Assembly (NCBI RefSeq): GCF_009914755.1
Contig: NC_060933.1
Strand: one strand, 5' to 3'
DNA length: 64,000 bases
Source of the DNA: the human T2T-CHM13v2.0 reference genome, Homo sapiens
Each line of letters starts with the position of its first letter. Position 1 is the stretch's first letter. The notes beneath the pieces are model-generated. The model worked only from the letters and a program-made list of their open reading frames with translations. It did no database searches and had not been told where the DNA came from. The position numbers and the translations under genes are program-made. This document shows positions 43,301-62,814 of this stretch, piece by piece.

Positions 43301-43679
43301 AAGAGAGATGCTATCACTGAAATGTAGATGGCTTTGAGTGAAGCAGTTTTGAAAGAGGGATAGGGAATGAGAGAAGAGGATAGCCACAAGTTGCATTTGA
43401 AATGTCTGTTAGAAAACCAAGTGGAGGTGGCTCAGAGAACTGAGGTGATTTTTGAAAGAATTGAGCTATCCAGTCCCTCCACCTCCCTGCAAAGCAATAG
43501 TATTTAATTATGATAGTATCGGTCAAACTCAATGTTTTCCTTTTTAACACTTCCATATATGTTCCTATTTATTTATTTATTTTGCATTTTAAACTTCTTT
43601 TTAATTGAGATAAAATGGTAAGGCTTTTTCTCTGAAGATTGAGGTCTTTACCCTGCTCCACTGTCAAATTGTGACATGA

Positions 43680-44000
<321 letters not shown>

Positions 44001-44318
44001 CTCACCTACTTTTCTAAATGGGAATATAATTTACTCTTTAACTCTTCTCTTTCCTTCACACCTTGAATCCAATCTAACCAGACATTTTGGCCAATGTGTA
44101 TTACTCTTTTTTTTTTTTTTAAAAAAAGATACTACTGCAATTTACTGTTATTTTTAAGGAAGCTATGACTACATATCTTCCAACAATTATGTTAAAAGAG
44201 TCCACAAATGGTGATTGCCAAGGTGTAATTTCCAAGACTTGTAGGAGATCTAGCCAAGTGAAATATGACACCTCCAAAAGGAACCTGGACTACAATCTAT
44301 CTGACATATGTTATATAC

Positions 44319-44994
<676 letters not shown>

Positions 44995-45022
44995 CACCAA
45001 ACCTCAGTTATTCATTCATCTA

Positions 45023-45727
<705 letters not shown>

Positions 45728-45785
45728 TCAGCCTGGAAAGCCAGGCTGGCCTTACCACTTTCTGAAGTAAGCCATATCCAAACTA

Positions 45786-46306
<521 letters not shown>

Positions 46307-48169
46307 GGTAATAATAGAGTTTTAATATTGGAGACAGAATAAATCAATAAAAATAATCCCAACCATTAATCTTTAGTTTAGCCTATTAGTTTCAAACTTT
46401 CTTCCACACCAAACCTCTTAAAGAGCACATAAGATGAAATCAAATGAAGTTTTAGCTTGGGCATAAACAAGGCACTGTGGGCATCTCACAGCCATGCAGA
46501 TCAGACAGAGAGGATGAAACAAAACCTGACCCTGCATCTACACAGCTGAATCTTGGGCAGGAGGAATAAGCCCAGCTACAAAAGCAAATATCAGACTGGT
46601 AGCCTGATGGGTGAGACACAATGGCCAAAGGACACAGGAAGCCCAGGCGTGATTGAAGCAACTCTCTAATCAAATGGGTGGAGCAAATGGAGAGGAATCC
46701 AAGCATCTTGTCTGCCCTCCCCAGTCAGGCACACAGGCCAGCAGACAGGCAGGTAGGAGGTTATTTGTAGACACATTGTCCATGGGTAGTAATGGATAAG
46801 ATCCAGGTTCTGTCCCAGGGAAAAGGGCTGGCAAGTGCCACATAGTATGCCAGGGCCCATTCCCAGGCTGAGTTCAGGAGCAGTGTGCAGTCCTAAAAGG
46901 GGACCGTGCCTCTGGGCGGGAGAGCTAGGGATCAGGTAGAAGCTGGATCTCTGGGCTGGGCCAACAATAGCCAGAGAGAGGACAGATATCACTCGGGGAA
47001 ACATGACTGTCAGAGGATGTTACTGGACTAACAACCTCCAAGTTTCAGTGGATGACTGCGCACCAAGTCCCACCAGAGGCACTGAGGTGGTTAATCTACT
47101 TCCTGCCTGAATTTGTTCAGACTCAGAAGCTGGGGTGGGAGGGTGGCAGCTGAAAGTGAGATGCATCAGTGGACCCAAAGGGAAGCAGCTGGGCAACATA
47201 AAGGCATGGAAACTGAGGCAGGAAGTCAATAGGGTTGACTTATTCTGCTTTACTGTGCACCGTGCATGCCCACTCTCTGGTGGAGGTGCTCATGGGAAAG
47301 AAATGACTACAGTTAAATTTCCTACTTAGAGGTCTAATGGAGTGACATTAAGAAACAGCCCTTCATTCCACTAACATTTATTGAGTACCTCCTATGTTCA
47401 TAGCATAGTCTCTGGCTTCAAGGGTCCTACAGTAGAACAAGCACGATGGGAGATTCACAGAAATAACTCTGTGAGAAGTCCCATCCAAGTGCTGTGGAGC
47501 ACAGAGGGAAAAAGAGGAACATCTAGAAGAAAAGAAAAGTCTCCTAAACTTCTTGAGAAGGGACCATGGCTATTTTTGCCTGGATAGCCCAATTCTAATT
47601 ATCACTCTATCCGAGAGTTTAATTGCCTCTGGGTGATGCCAGCTGCCTTGAACTACAGGTCTGAAGGCACAGCTGTTGCTACTTGATCTACGTCTCCCTT
47701 AACTAAGTCTCAGGTTTGTAATCTTATCACACAGGGAACCTAGGGTTCCATATGACAGGACTGAAAATCCCTAGCTCTGTCACTTACTAAATAGTCATGT
47801 CTGCCTTTTCTAACCTTCCTGAACTTCAGTTTTACTCCTTATAAAATGAGAATAAAGACAACCCAAACTTCAAAGGGCTGTTTCAAGGATTAAGTGGAAG
47901 TCATGTATATGCACGGGTTTTGTAAACTTTAAAGAGCTAGAAAAACATTTATTTTAATGGTGTCTCAACTTGAGTCTGCACTGGGCTGCAGCCATGCCTG
48001 GGTGTGTTTGATGACCTGGTCTGTGGGGCTTCTGGGTGTCACTCCGTGTGAGGATGAGGAAGTGGTTTGGCTCACATGCCAGAAAAAGACGCAAAGACGG
48101 CTGGGCAGCATGTGGGAAGCTTCAGATATCTATGCCTAACCTGGCTCTGTGGACGGAAGTCAGAACTCA

Positions 48170-48494
<325 letters not shown>

Positions 48495-49267
48495 TCAGCA
48501 GAGAGAGGGGCTCCTCACTGTTTTCAAAGGGCGATGTTACCACTGCCGCTTTCAGGCCTGCTGACAAACTAAAATGCAGAAAGGGAGGTGGAGGTGAAGG
48601 CACATGCTGTCTTCCCAGCACAGGGAGAATTCCAGAGCATTTGTCACCATTTAATCACCTGAAGAGTTTCCTCACCAGGGGAACACATTCTCCATGCAGA
48701 TACAGCATATAAGGCATTTGCTGCACCTTCCCCTGGAGTTGTCAGGTGACCTGGAGACATTGCCAATGTGGGGGAGAGAGGAAGTGTAACAGGAGTACTT
48801 GTGAGTGGCTGCAAAATGCTCCTGGGGACAAAGTCTCAGGGGCAAGGGTCAGCAATGACAGGCCATTGCCCCTAATATGACCCCAACAGTGACACTCACA
48901 GGTGGGTGAGGCCTGGAGAAACTCGGCCACATGACTCTTCTGTCAGGATGAGTGTTAGATGCCATGTGTGTTCCCACGCCAGTAGCTGCTATTTCCAGTT
49001 GCTTCAATTGCTTCATTTGTTCAGGGAACCTGAGAAGGAAGATGTGTTACCCAGCAAGGCTAGAAGCCGCTTCTCTTAACAAAGACCACCCAGAAGTGAG
49101 CCGAGGTATTGGAAAGTACCCAGTGTGTGCTTTTCAACAAATGCTGCTTAAAGCTGCTGCAGTGTCCAGTAAACCATTGCTCTTGGTTCTCATCTCAGAG
49201 TTTTCCAATGCTGAGGGAATGCAGACAGAAGAATGTGTAAGATTATGACACAGGAGCTGCATGGTGA

Positions 49268-49650
<383 letters not shown>

Positions 49651-50521
49651 TAAGTGGAGTTGGAGTTGGGGGACAGTGCAGGGAGCTGTGGGCAAAGGTG
49701 AGTCAAAGAGAACAAAATGCCCCCCCTAAAGATATGGCAGGAAGTCTGGCCAAGGGTGGGGACATTGGTTTATTTTCTCTTTCTCTGCAGCCCACCACCA
49801 TTAAGGCTAGAATTCTGGATCAAGCATCTTTAGAGGAGCCTCAAATGTGCCTGCATTCACTCAACAAGGAGAGAGTAAATAATTCATCCAAGGTCTGCCA
49901 AGAGAGCTCTCTGGCACCATAATGCTTTCTGAGGTGGAAGGTTAGCTCTTGCCAGACAGGGAGGAGCCCAGCCAACAACAGGGGTCTCCTTAGCAGTTTG
50001 GAATCTCTGTACAAATGCCAGCTCACAGCCACTCTGACTTGTCCAGCAGTGCCCTGGGCCCCTGCAGTATGCCTCGGACTAGCTTCATCCAGCAAACTGC
50101 TGCCTCTGACAGTCTGATGTCCATTTTCCCAGCCTGTACTGAGTGTCAATCATGGGCCTGAGTGAAAGAGACATGACCCCTGACTGCCTTGGAAGAGCCG
50201 GCTTAGGACAGGATAGGGTGGGAGGGCAGTGGATCCACGGGTCCCAAAACGGGTGGTGAGTAGCCAACTGGTGAGCAGACAGGTGAGGGTTTGGGGAGAG
50301 AGGGGCATTTCCTAGATGTAGAGCTATTTAAGCAGAGTTTTAAATAGTTAAGTTGGAGCTCACCAGGCAGGAAAAGAAATTAAAAGGAACAGCTAGAGTT
50401 TTGTTAGAGCTTACTATGTGCAGGCATTGTGTAAAGGGCATTTCAGAGAGAGCGAACAGCTGGTGTGAATTCTTAAAAATCTGAAAGTGCATGCTATATG
50501 GATAGGCTAATTCTTGTAAAA

Positions 50522-50958
50522 AACTTATTTTTATAGATTTAGGGGGTGCAAGTGCAGCTTTGTTACATGAATATATTACATAATGGTGAAGACTGGACTT
50601 TTAGTGTAACCATCACCCAAATAGTGTACATTACACCCATTAGGTAATTTCTCATCTCTCACCACCCTCCCACATTTCTGAGTTTCCAATGTTAATTATT
50701 TCACTCTCTATGTCCATGTCTGTATATATATACATAATTTACATAATTTAGCTCCCACTCATAAGTGGGAACATGCGTATTTGACTTTCTGAGTTATTTC
50801 ACTTAAGATAATGGCATCCAGTTCCATCCATGCTGCTATAAAAGAAAATTTCATTCTTTTTTATGACTGAGTAGTATTCCATGGTATAGATTATATACAC
50901 ACACACACACCCCCCACACACACACCCACCCACACACACATCTCACATTTCCTTTAAT
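50522..50958 (-). mobile_element. L1PB/L1MA 3' end with an internal (CA)n
   Basis: gatttagggggtgcaagtgcag...tttagctcccactcataagtg...gagtagtattccatggt. Confidence 0.85.
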
Positions 50959-52115
50959 CAGAATAGGCACATTCTACGCATTTGCCTATACACAGGTGAA
51001 TTACGTGTAGATAATGTTTAGTGTACCGTGGGAGTTGTAAAAGATAAAGCTACAAAGGAAAGTTAGAACTGAAAAGGCCTCACAAATTTAAATATATATA
51101 TATTTATGCATAGATCTGGAAAGATATATGTCAATATGTTAGCATTGATTTTGGCGATGAAGACTCTGGAGATTCATTTTTACTCTTTCTATTCTGCATT
51201 TCATTTTATTTTTTTTATTTTTTTCACCAACAAAAAGAGAAGAGGTTGAGGAGGTGGGTGGTCTGAATACTGTTTTAGAAAGTGTGTGCTTCATGCTGCA
51301 GGCACTGGGGAGCCACTGAAAATTCTTAAGCAGAAGACCAAGGCAACTAGACACCAGCCATCAAGAGCTGCTTATGCGGGAGGCCCTCGGTGACTCACTT
51401 GCTCCTACTTCCCTGGGACTATCTTCCTCATACCACCTGCAGACCCAGAAGTCAAGCCTGTAGGATGAAACCTGTCCATCCACGAGATGGGAAGCTGCCA
51501 GTAATGATCGAAGAGGCACAGTCAATGTGAGTGCTTTTCTCTGCCCACTCAGAACTCCTCAAAACTTGACAGTGGGCACAAAACAACGTGGCTCTGCCCC
51601 AAGCACAAGGACAAGGGGGAAAAGGACAGGTGGCAAAGCATTCACAAAAGCTAACAGGAGAAAAGGCAGATTGGTTTCTTTTCCTACAACGTAGGAGCTT
51701 TTATTACTAGAAAATAAAATCCTGTCTGAGCAAATGCCAGGAAAACGATTAAGGGCTCAATTTAGATTGGGAGGCTTGGTTGGGCACTGCTAGGCAGGGA
51801 GCTAAACAATGTCAGCCCCACTCTCTATGCACATCACGTTTGGGGTGAGTGGCCCGAGCCCCAGCCAGGCCTTTCACCACCAGTTTTGTAGAATTACAGT
51901 TAAGCTTTGGCCACTTGGTTTCAGTTAAAAGGATTGTGTGGAAGGAAGGATAAAAGGCTCTTGCACGCAGACCAGCTATTGCGTCTGAGGACTAAGAAGA
52001 AATGCAGCCAGGGTGGTGCCAGACCTTGAAGAAACCCTTCTTCCCTGTGGTTCTCAGGCTCTCCAGCCTGACCCAGGAAGGGCAGGAGAGGTAGAGGAGC
52101 ACGGGCTGGCTTTGA

Positions 52116-52500
<385 letters not shown>

Positions 52501-52669
52501 TAACTTCTCTGAGTCCAGTGTCTTCATCAATAAAGTGAGGATAATGACGCCCAGAATTATTATGGGAATAAAATAACATGAGGTATGTAAAGCACCAATA
52601 AAGTAGATACTTGGTGGTTGGTAGCTCCTTTTTATCACTTTTTTCCCTCCAAGACCTCCTAAGGGAAAC

Positions 52670-53030
52670 AATTGTGATGCAATGGGAAAGACATGAGATT
52701 AGAGTTTGAGAAACTAAGGTTCTAGTTCAACTACTAATGAGCTGTGTGACTTTGGGCAAATTACTCAGTCTCCCTGGGCTTCACTTTCTCCCACTGAAAA
52801 ATCTTAGATTAAATAATCCCTAAGGGCCCCTCTATCTCTGACTTTCAATATTAATTATAATTACTATCAGGAAACAGTTGCTGTGTGCCAGGCATGTTGA
52901 TCAGCAATGCACATGTATTATCTTATCAAGTATTATTATCTTTACTTTACAAGTGAAGAAAATGAGGTCTATAGGGGCTTAAGAACTTTTCCCAGACTGT
53001 ATAGCTAGTAAGGACAGGCCAGGAGGTGTT
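52670..53030. mobile_element. MIR fragments
   Basis: gctgtgtgactttgggcaaattact and tttacaagtgaagaaaatgagg MIR core motifs. Confidence 0.6.
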
Positions 53031-53728
53031 TGCTCTGACTTACATGTTTAAAGAAAAAAAACAAAAAACAAAAAAACAAAACTAATTAACCTAGCCCCAG
53101 GGTTCTAAGTCTTTGTACTAAACGGGTAATAAAATCAAACCACTCTGCAGGTTCTAGGTCAGGTTTAAATGGCTACCAATTCATGAAACTGTAACTGGGG
53201 ATTCAGGCCTGAGGAATACTAATCACTTGTCGCAGAGTGAAACAGGCCCAACAGAGGAGACGCTCATATCAGAAGGTGAGAAAAAGGTGCTGCAAATGGT
53301 CATTCCTGAGACTTTCAATCAGGGCACCAAGAAGGCATTGTGGTGGGGACCCAGAGAGCTATGAAAACTGGCAGCTGTCAATCAAGTGGGCAAGCAGAAG
53401 CAGTCCACAGCTAGGGATCAGTACAAGCAAGGATGGCAGAGGCCTCTCTGCAGTGAAACATGGGCTCAAGCAGAGATGCAGGCCATTTGAACTACACCAC
53501 TCTGGAGTGAGTAGGGAAGAGGGAAAGCTGTGACTTGGCAGCCAACTGCTATCCCTGGGGACATAAGCCCCTAGTCTGACTGGCAACAATACAACTCAGG
53601 AAGGCGTATCAAAGCCCAGCAGTCATGACCAGGCCAGGGAGCCCAGGGCTGAAGAACTGAACTGTTGCTAAGCCCTATATCAGTTGTCTATTGTTCCATT
53701 TTAAACCATCCCAAAACTTGATGGTTTA

Positions 53729-54094
<366 letters not shown>

Positions 54095-54221
54095 TCAGAT
54101 GGACAGTTCTTCAGTAATGCCAGCTGGGTTCACGCACGTGACTACATTTAGCTAGGAACTCAGTGGGATTTGAACATCAAAAATGGCTTCACTCTCATGT
54201 CTGGCAGTTGGTGCTGGCTAC

Positions 54222-54788
54222 TGTAAGAATTAAAGAAAGACGAAAGAAACACGAAAGGTGGTTTGACAGTTAAGGACAGGTTTATTTTAGAGAAAACAAA
54301 CCTGAGAGGAGCTTCTGGCCAAGTTAGGTCAGAGACACAGTCTTACAGACTGAGTATTTAAGGATTCAGGGCAGGAGAGTTTATCAGAGGCTTGGACTGC
54401 TTCTGTGTCTCTTTGTTGTGCTTATCTGGGAGGGAGAGTTTTGTGTATGTTCCCATACATCTTCCTGCACCTGCAGGCATACCCCTGAGTCTGCTTTTAG
54501 CTTCCCTATCTTAGTGCACCTGAAGGGAAAGGAATGTGCTTATTAAGGCCCACTGTTTTACTGGGACCCATTGTATGAGGGTGAAGCTTAGCTTGGCACT
54601 TACCCAAGAGACTTCCCCCTAACCTCCCTCTGTGCCCTAGCTGGTCTTATCTGTGTTTTACTGTCTGCTCTTTTTCGCTGCTTGTTGTTAGAAGAGAAGT
54701 GATTTCCTTGAAATGCATAAGGCTAGAAAGGGAGCTGGAACTTAAAGTGGCAGTGTTTGTCAGAGATGACAGTGCTCCTGCTCTGTCA
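54222..54788 (-). mobile_element. LTR19-like solo LTR (ERV1)
   Basis: minus-strand tgacagagcaggagcactgtcatctc...ttcttaca; TG..CA ends; 5-bp TSD gctac. Confidence 0.75.
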
Positions 54789-55406
54789 GCTACCATCTGG
54801 GACACTTCGGTTGTCTGCCACATGGTCTTTTATCCTCCAGGGCCTTTTTCTACATGGTCTTTCCACCAGGATAGCCTGGCCATCTTTACATGGCAGGTGG
54901 CTTCCAAGAGAGCAAAATCGGAATTAGGTCAATAGACAAAGAATCAGCTGGATTTATTTATACTAGCAATGAATGCTTTGAAACTGAAATTTTAAAACCA
55001 GTACCACTAACAGTTCCAAAACATGAACTACTTAGGCATAAGCTAATCTACAAAACACTAACGAAAGAAATTTTAAGAGGTAAATAAATGGATACTCCAT
55101 GTTCATAGATTGGAAGACTGGATGTTGTTAACACAACAGGTCTACCCAAATTGATCTGTAGATTTATGGAAATCCAGACAGTACCCTCATCAAGGGGGCA
55201 AATTGTTATAGATACTTACGAGCTGATTCTTAAAAAGGCAAAGGAACTAGAATAGCCAAACCAACTTTGAAAAATAAGAACAGCAAGTAAGTGGTTAAAC
55301 AAATAGACACTACTGAGCAATACGAATAATTGAAAGACTAAGTACACAACTTGAATGAATCACAAAGTCATTCATTATTCTAAGTGAAATAAGCTAGAAG
55401 ACTCAA

Positions 55407-56549
<1,143 letters not shown>

Positions 56550-56786
56550 GGTCATGTGATATTGAGTATAAGATAGATAGAGAGGCCACCGTGCCCGGCC
56601 CAGTGTCTTTAATAGAGCAAAAAAGAGACCTATACACATAATGGTCAATTGATTTTTGACAAAGGTGCAAAGGCAACTAAATAAAAAAGTGATAGACTTT
56701 TTGACAAATGGTGCTGGAACAATTGGACATAAATATGCAAAAACATGAATCTCGACCTACAACTCACACCTTATACAAAATTTTTA

Positions 56787-57306
<520 letters not shown>

Positions 57307-57479
57307 TTAAGGATTGACAGAAGGTTTGACTACAAAGAGGTTACATAAGGGAATTTCAGGGAATGAGATCACCATTTATATTCTGGTTGTGTAAGTAGTT
57401 ACACAACTCTATGTATGTGTCAAAATCACAAAATTATACAATAAAAGAGTAAATTTTACTGTGTTGAAATTTAAAAATA

Positions 57480-57799
57480 GGACAGGCGCGGTGGCTCATG
57501 CCTGTAATCCTAGCACTTTGGGAGGCCAAGGCGGGTGGATCACCTGAGGTCAAGAATTTAAGACCAGCCTGGACAACATGGAGAAACCCCATCTCTACTA
57601 AAAATGCAAAAATTAGCCAGGCGTGGTGGCAGGGGCCCATAATCCCACCTCTTGGGAGGCTGAGGCAGGAGAATCGTTTGGACCCAAGGGGCAGAGGTTG
57701 CAGTGAGCTGAGATCACGCCACTTCACTCCAGCCTGGGTGAAAGAGCGAAACTCCATCTCAAAGAAAGAAAGAAAGAAAGAAAAAATTAAAAATAAATA
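57480..57799 (+). mobile_element. AluS
   Basis: Alu dimer with (GAAA)n tail. Confidence 0.95.
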
Positions 57800-57832
57800 A
57801 CATATAAAACTCAGCCATAAAAAAATCTAGTC

Positions 57833-58145
57833 AGGCCCGGCGCGGTGGCTCACACCTGTAATCCCAGCACTTTGGGAGGCTGAGGTGGGTGGATCACAAG
57901 GTCAGGAGTTCAAGACCAGCCTGGCCAACATGGTGAAACTCTGTCTCTACTAAAAATACAAAAATTAGCTGGGCATGGTGGTGCATGCCTGTAATCCTAG
58001 CTACTCCAGAGGTTGAGGCAAGGGAATAGATTGAACCAAGACCTGGGAGGTAGAGGTTGCAGTGAGCCAAGAACGCACACTGCACTCCAGCCTGGGCTAC
58101 AGAGCGAGACTCCATCTCAAAAAAAAAAAAAAAAAAAAAAAAAAA
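57833..58145 (+). mobile_element. AluS
   Basis: Alu dimer, TSD aaaaatctagtca. Confidence 0.95.
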
Positions 58146-58199
58146 TCTAGTCAACATTCCTCCAGACCCACCCTGGAGTGGACACCAAGTATCATCCTC

Positions 58200-58500
58200 A
58201 TAGCAAACAATTTTTTTTAAATGTTCAACCTCCTCATTAATTTAAAAATGATAATTTAATCAAAGCAATACCATTTGCCTCCCCATTATATAGATTGCAA
58301 AACTTGTAATAATACCCAGTATTGGCAAAGGTATGATAAAGTGGGTACAATCAAATGCAACGAGTTGGCATGTGAATTGGTACAGCCGTTTTGGAAGGCA
58401 ATATGGCAACATGTATCAAAAAGCCTTAAGTGTTCTTACTTCTTGGAAAAATAAAGCCACTTCTAGGACTCAGTCGTCATGAAATAATCAGAGATTCTGA
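58200..58500 (+). mobile_element. L1ME-like fragment
   Basis: aaatgttcaacctc...attggtacagccgttttggaaggcaatatggcaa. Confidence 0.6.
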
Positions 58501-59239
58501 TGAGGAACATTATCTTTTCTGCATTGAAATACTGTCTCCCTCATTACAGGGATAGACGTGCAGCGGGTCCCAAATAAATGCTGCTAACTTTCTGGATGGC
58601 AACTAACTTCTATACAACATCTTGCTTCCAGCCAGGAGTCTGGTTGGAAGAGAAGCCTTCTACCTCCTGGGCCTCTTTGGTCAGGATGCTGCCTTCTGTG
58701 TATCTTTCATTGTGAATGACTAAAGTGACAATTATATGCCCAATGATTTCATAAGCAATACCTCTTACCATGCCCACAGAGAGAGTAGGGGTTCTTTTTC
58801 CAGACTGAGTACCTCGTAAAAAAACAAACCCAGGAGACCAGATGAGATAGAATCAAAGAGGCAAGAAAGTCAGTTCAGTAGATGCTGAGAACTGCTGGGA
58901 AATCCAGGGAATTCAGGCTGCAAGGCTGTCCAGGCTGAGCCCAGGCTACACTGACAGACTCAGACAAAAGCTGATTTCTAAGGAGACCTGTGAATTCAGG
59001 AAGATAGCTCAGCTTGGCTCAACATTCAAGAGAGAAGAGAAACATCCTGCTCAGCAGCCAGAGAAAAAAGGGCTTAGCTGAGAAATGCCAGGCACTAGCT
59101 TTTGAATCATTGGGAAAACATGGTCACTTTAAGATGAAGAAAGACCCTGACACAGGACTGAGGGTCTAGGCCTTGTCCTCAAGCCCCACCTGCAATCCCC
59201 ATCTGCTCATAACAGCTATTCTCTTTGTCCTCAGCTATG

Positions 59240-59549
59240 TTTTGTTTTTTTTTTCTTTTTTTTTTTTTGAGACGGAGTCTCGCTCTGTCACCCAGGCTGG
59301 AGTGCGCTGGCACGATCTCGGCTCACTGCAAGCTCCCGCCTCCTGGGTTCACGCCATTCTCCTGCCTCAGCCTCCCGAGTAGCTGGGACTACAGGCGCCC
59401 GCCACCACGCCCGCTAATTTTTTGTATTTTTAGTAGAGACGGGGTTTCACCGTGTTAGCCAGGACGCTCTCGATCTCCTGACCTCGTGATCCGCCTGCCT
59501 CGGCCTCCCAAAGTGCTGGGATTACAGGCGTGAGCCACCGCGCCCAGCC
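59240..59549 (-). mobile_element. young AluY
   Basis: ctgcaagctcc, gttcacgccattc and accgtgttagccagga; most CpGs intact; TSD ctcagcta. Confidence 0.95.
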
Positions 59550-59823
59550 GGTTCTCAGCTAATATTTTATTAATTCCTTTGCCCTATGCTGTTATATGGA
59601 CACTGTAAATCCTCGTCCCAATCCTGGCTGTTTAGACAACCGCCTCTGCTCTGGCTATGGTGCTCCAGAGACCTCAGTCCTGATGTCTGGGCTCTCTCCT
59701 CTGTCCGCAGGCTCTCAGGCCCCACTCTATCCAGCATCTACTTCCCCTGCACATGCACACACACACCTCTCACTCCCTTAGTGGTTATAATAGGCACTGT
59801 GAGGGCTTAGTCCATGAGACTAA

Positions 59824-60167
<344 letters not shown>

Positions 60168-61005
60168 CAAAATGGAGAACATTTAATTCAGTACGCTGAC
60201 TCTAACAAGTGACCATTTCTAACACTGAGTGAGCACTCACTGTCTTCTAGGCGCTGTGCCAAGTACTCTACATGCATTATGAATTATTACAATTTAATCC
60301 ACACAGCAACTCTGTGAGGTGGGAACTGGTACCATCATGATTAACATACTCATTTTGCACATAAGGAATGGTGGGCTCAGAAAGGTTAACCAATGTTCCC
60401 CGGACAATGGGGTTAATAAACAAACCAAAGCCATAACTTTGAACTCTTTCATTTAGCAAGTGTTAACAGAGTTCCCCCTATGTGTCAGACACTACTCCGC
60501 TAGGCACAGGCACTAGGCTATATTGGTAGACAAGACAGACTTAGCCACCACCTTCAGGAAACCCAGTATCTAGCAGATTAGGTAAACCTCAGGCCTCTAC
60601 AGCTGCCCTAATTGGCCTCAGAGCCAGGATTCCAACTCATGTTTTCTACAACAAAGCTCAAACAATAACCACAACACTTCCTGCCTCTCTCTTACCGGAA
60701 ATAGTGTCTCTGTGAGAAACTTGAAGTCTTGGAAGTTCTCAGGCTGAAGTCAAGCTGCATACCTGTATGACCTGACGTTGATGTTGAATTAAGTGCTGTG
60801 AATCAGGCTACTGGACACACGGAACCTTTTTTAATACTTTGCTCAAATGTCACTTTCTCAAAATGCTTTTCTAACTACTTGCCTCTTATCAGCATGGCTA
60901 ACCCATCTTTCCCTGCTCGCTTTTTCATCATGCGTATAATCTTCTTTTATAATGTATTATTTATTTTATTATTATGCCTATTGCTTAGCATGTGCTTACT
61001 TGCAC

Positions 61006-61289
61006 TTTTTTTTTTTTTTCTTGAGACAGAGTCTCGCTCTGTCGCCCAGGCTGGAGTGCAGTGGTGTGATCTTGGCTCTCTGCAACCTCTGCTGCCTGGG
61101 TTCCTCAGCCTCCCGAGTAGCTGGGATTACAGGCCTGCACTACCAGGCCCAGCTAATATTTGGATTTTTAGTAAGAACGGGGTTTCACCATGTTGGCCAG
61201 GCTAGTCTCGAACTCCTGACCTCAAGTGATCTGCCGGCCTCAGCCTCCCAAGGTGCTGGGATTATAGATGTGAACCACCATGCCCAGCC
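61006..61289 (-). mobile_element. AluS inside an L2 end
   Basis: antisense Alu, TSD ttgcacttt. Confidence 0.95.
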
Positions 61290-61957
61290 CTTTGCACTTT
61301 AATATAAAGTTCCCCCAAGGGCAGGGAATCCCTATCTGTTTTGTTCACTGATGTATCCCAGGGCCTAGACAGAGTCTGGCACACAAAAAGTACTCAGTAA
61401 TTAATTTTTGTGTGAAACAATAAAGGTGAAGAGCATGTACGGGGTTAGCAGACAGATGGTGCTAATTAGGAATAAAGGATAGGGAAGGAAAACTGAGCTG
61501 GGAACTGAGGATAGAAGGGAACGGGGCAGTCAAGAGAGGTGTGCTGCAAGAACTGGAAGGGAGGGACCACACAAGCCCCAGCCTGAAAAACAGAAGACCC
61601 TGCAGGCGGTGGAGTGTTTATTCTTCTCTGTGCTCAGAAGCATGTCAGACATGTGAGAGCCAGGAAGCCAGGGTTGATCAGGAACTGTATGGCCTCCTGC
61701 ACTCTGCAAGAATCCCAGGGAGTCAGGGGGTCAAACGAACAGTCAGGGATTGGGGATCAAAGCAGGCAAAGCTGAAATCCAGGAAGTCTGAGAGAGTAAG
61801 ATAATGCTACCCATCCACCAAAACACAGAGAAGAGCCTAATCCTGGGGCAGCAACAGTGGAAACTAAGGTTTCTGTCAAGTTTTCTCCCAGGAGGTGTGT
61901 AGTCCATAGGGCTGCAGGAGTGGGCAGGGAAGAGAGTATGGTTAGTGGTAAGCTACA

Positions 61958-62143
61958 GCTGGAGAGAGCTGATTGTGCATTATCTCCTCCCAGATTCATG
62001 TTTAGTGTCTTCACATCTGTAGCTTGAAATTGGCCATGGCAGAAGTATTTACACCATGGAAATTGGCAAATGCTATATAAGTCAGGGATTGTTCGCTTGC
62101 TTGTTGGGCAGCTGGTTGTTAAATACTTACCAGCACACTGCTG
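61958..62143 (+). mobile_element. MER63A-like MITE
   Basis: gagagctgattgtg...agtatttacaccatggaaattggcaaatgcta...ttgttaaatacttaccagcacac. Confidence 0.75.
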
Positions 62144-62509
62144 GCATAGTTTACTATAGAACTGAGGCTGCGGGAAGAACTCTGTTCTTGGCTGAAAAAA
62201 GAAGGCACTAGAATTGCAGGTAGGTACTTAGGCTAAGGTGTACCCCATGGAAAGACACCTATGCCCTTGGGTAACTGCAGACAGAGCAAAGAGCCAAACT
62301 TAATAGATCCCTTCCCAGGGGTTCTTCTGTTCACTATAGAATTTACATGGGGATTCTTTCTCTTAAGTTTGGAAGCCAGAGACTCATTTGAATCCATTTA
62401 TTCATTCGTTTGACAGGTACAAATAGAGGATCTGCCATGTTGCAGGTTAGTAGCTAGACCATAGAGAAGACAGACTTGTTCCTGCCCTCATGGAATGTGT
62501 TGCCTAGCA

Positions 62510-62745
62510 CAGAAGTCTACAAATCATGGCCTAAGGGCCAAATGTAGCTCAGGACCTCTTTCAGTAAACAGTCCTCAAGTTAAGGATGGTTTTTACATTG
62601 TTAAAGGGTTGTGAGGAAGAACAAAAGGAAGGAGGAGGAAGATGAGGAGGAGGAGGAGAAAGAGGAGTGAGAGAGACCATGGGTGGTCTACAAAGCTTAA
62701 AATATTTCCTATCTAGGCCTTTACAAAAAAAGTTTGCCAACTCTT
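62510..62745. mobile_element. MER58B-like MITE containing a GGA-rich run
   Basis: aggatggtttttacattgttaaagggtt...ggcctttacaaaaaaagtttgccaac. Confidence 0.7.
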
Positions 62746-62814
62746 GGTGTAGCAAACTAGACAAACCTTACTCCTTTACAGCCACCCTAATTGGCCATTA
62801 AAAGAACAACGTTT

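Noticed and set aside
47070-47085. CTCF-like ccaccagaggcact
   Set aside because: One base short in the core relative to the CTCF consensus.
60598-62800. Shared cagc..ccctaattggcc at ~60600 and ~62780
   Set aside because: Too short to separate from chance, and the flanks are not homologous.
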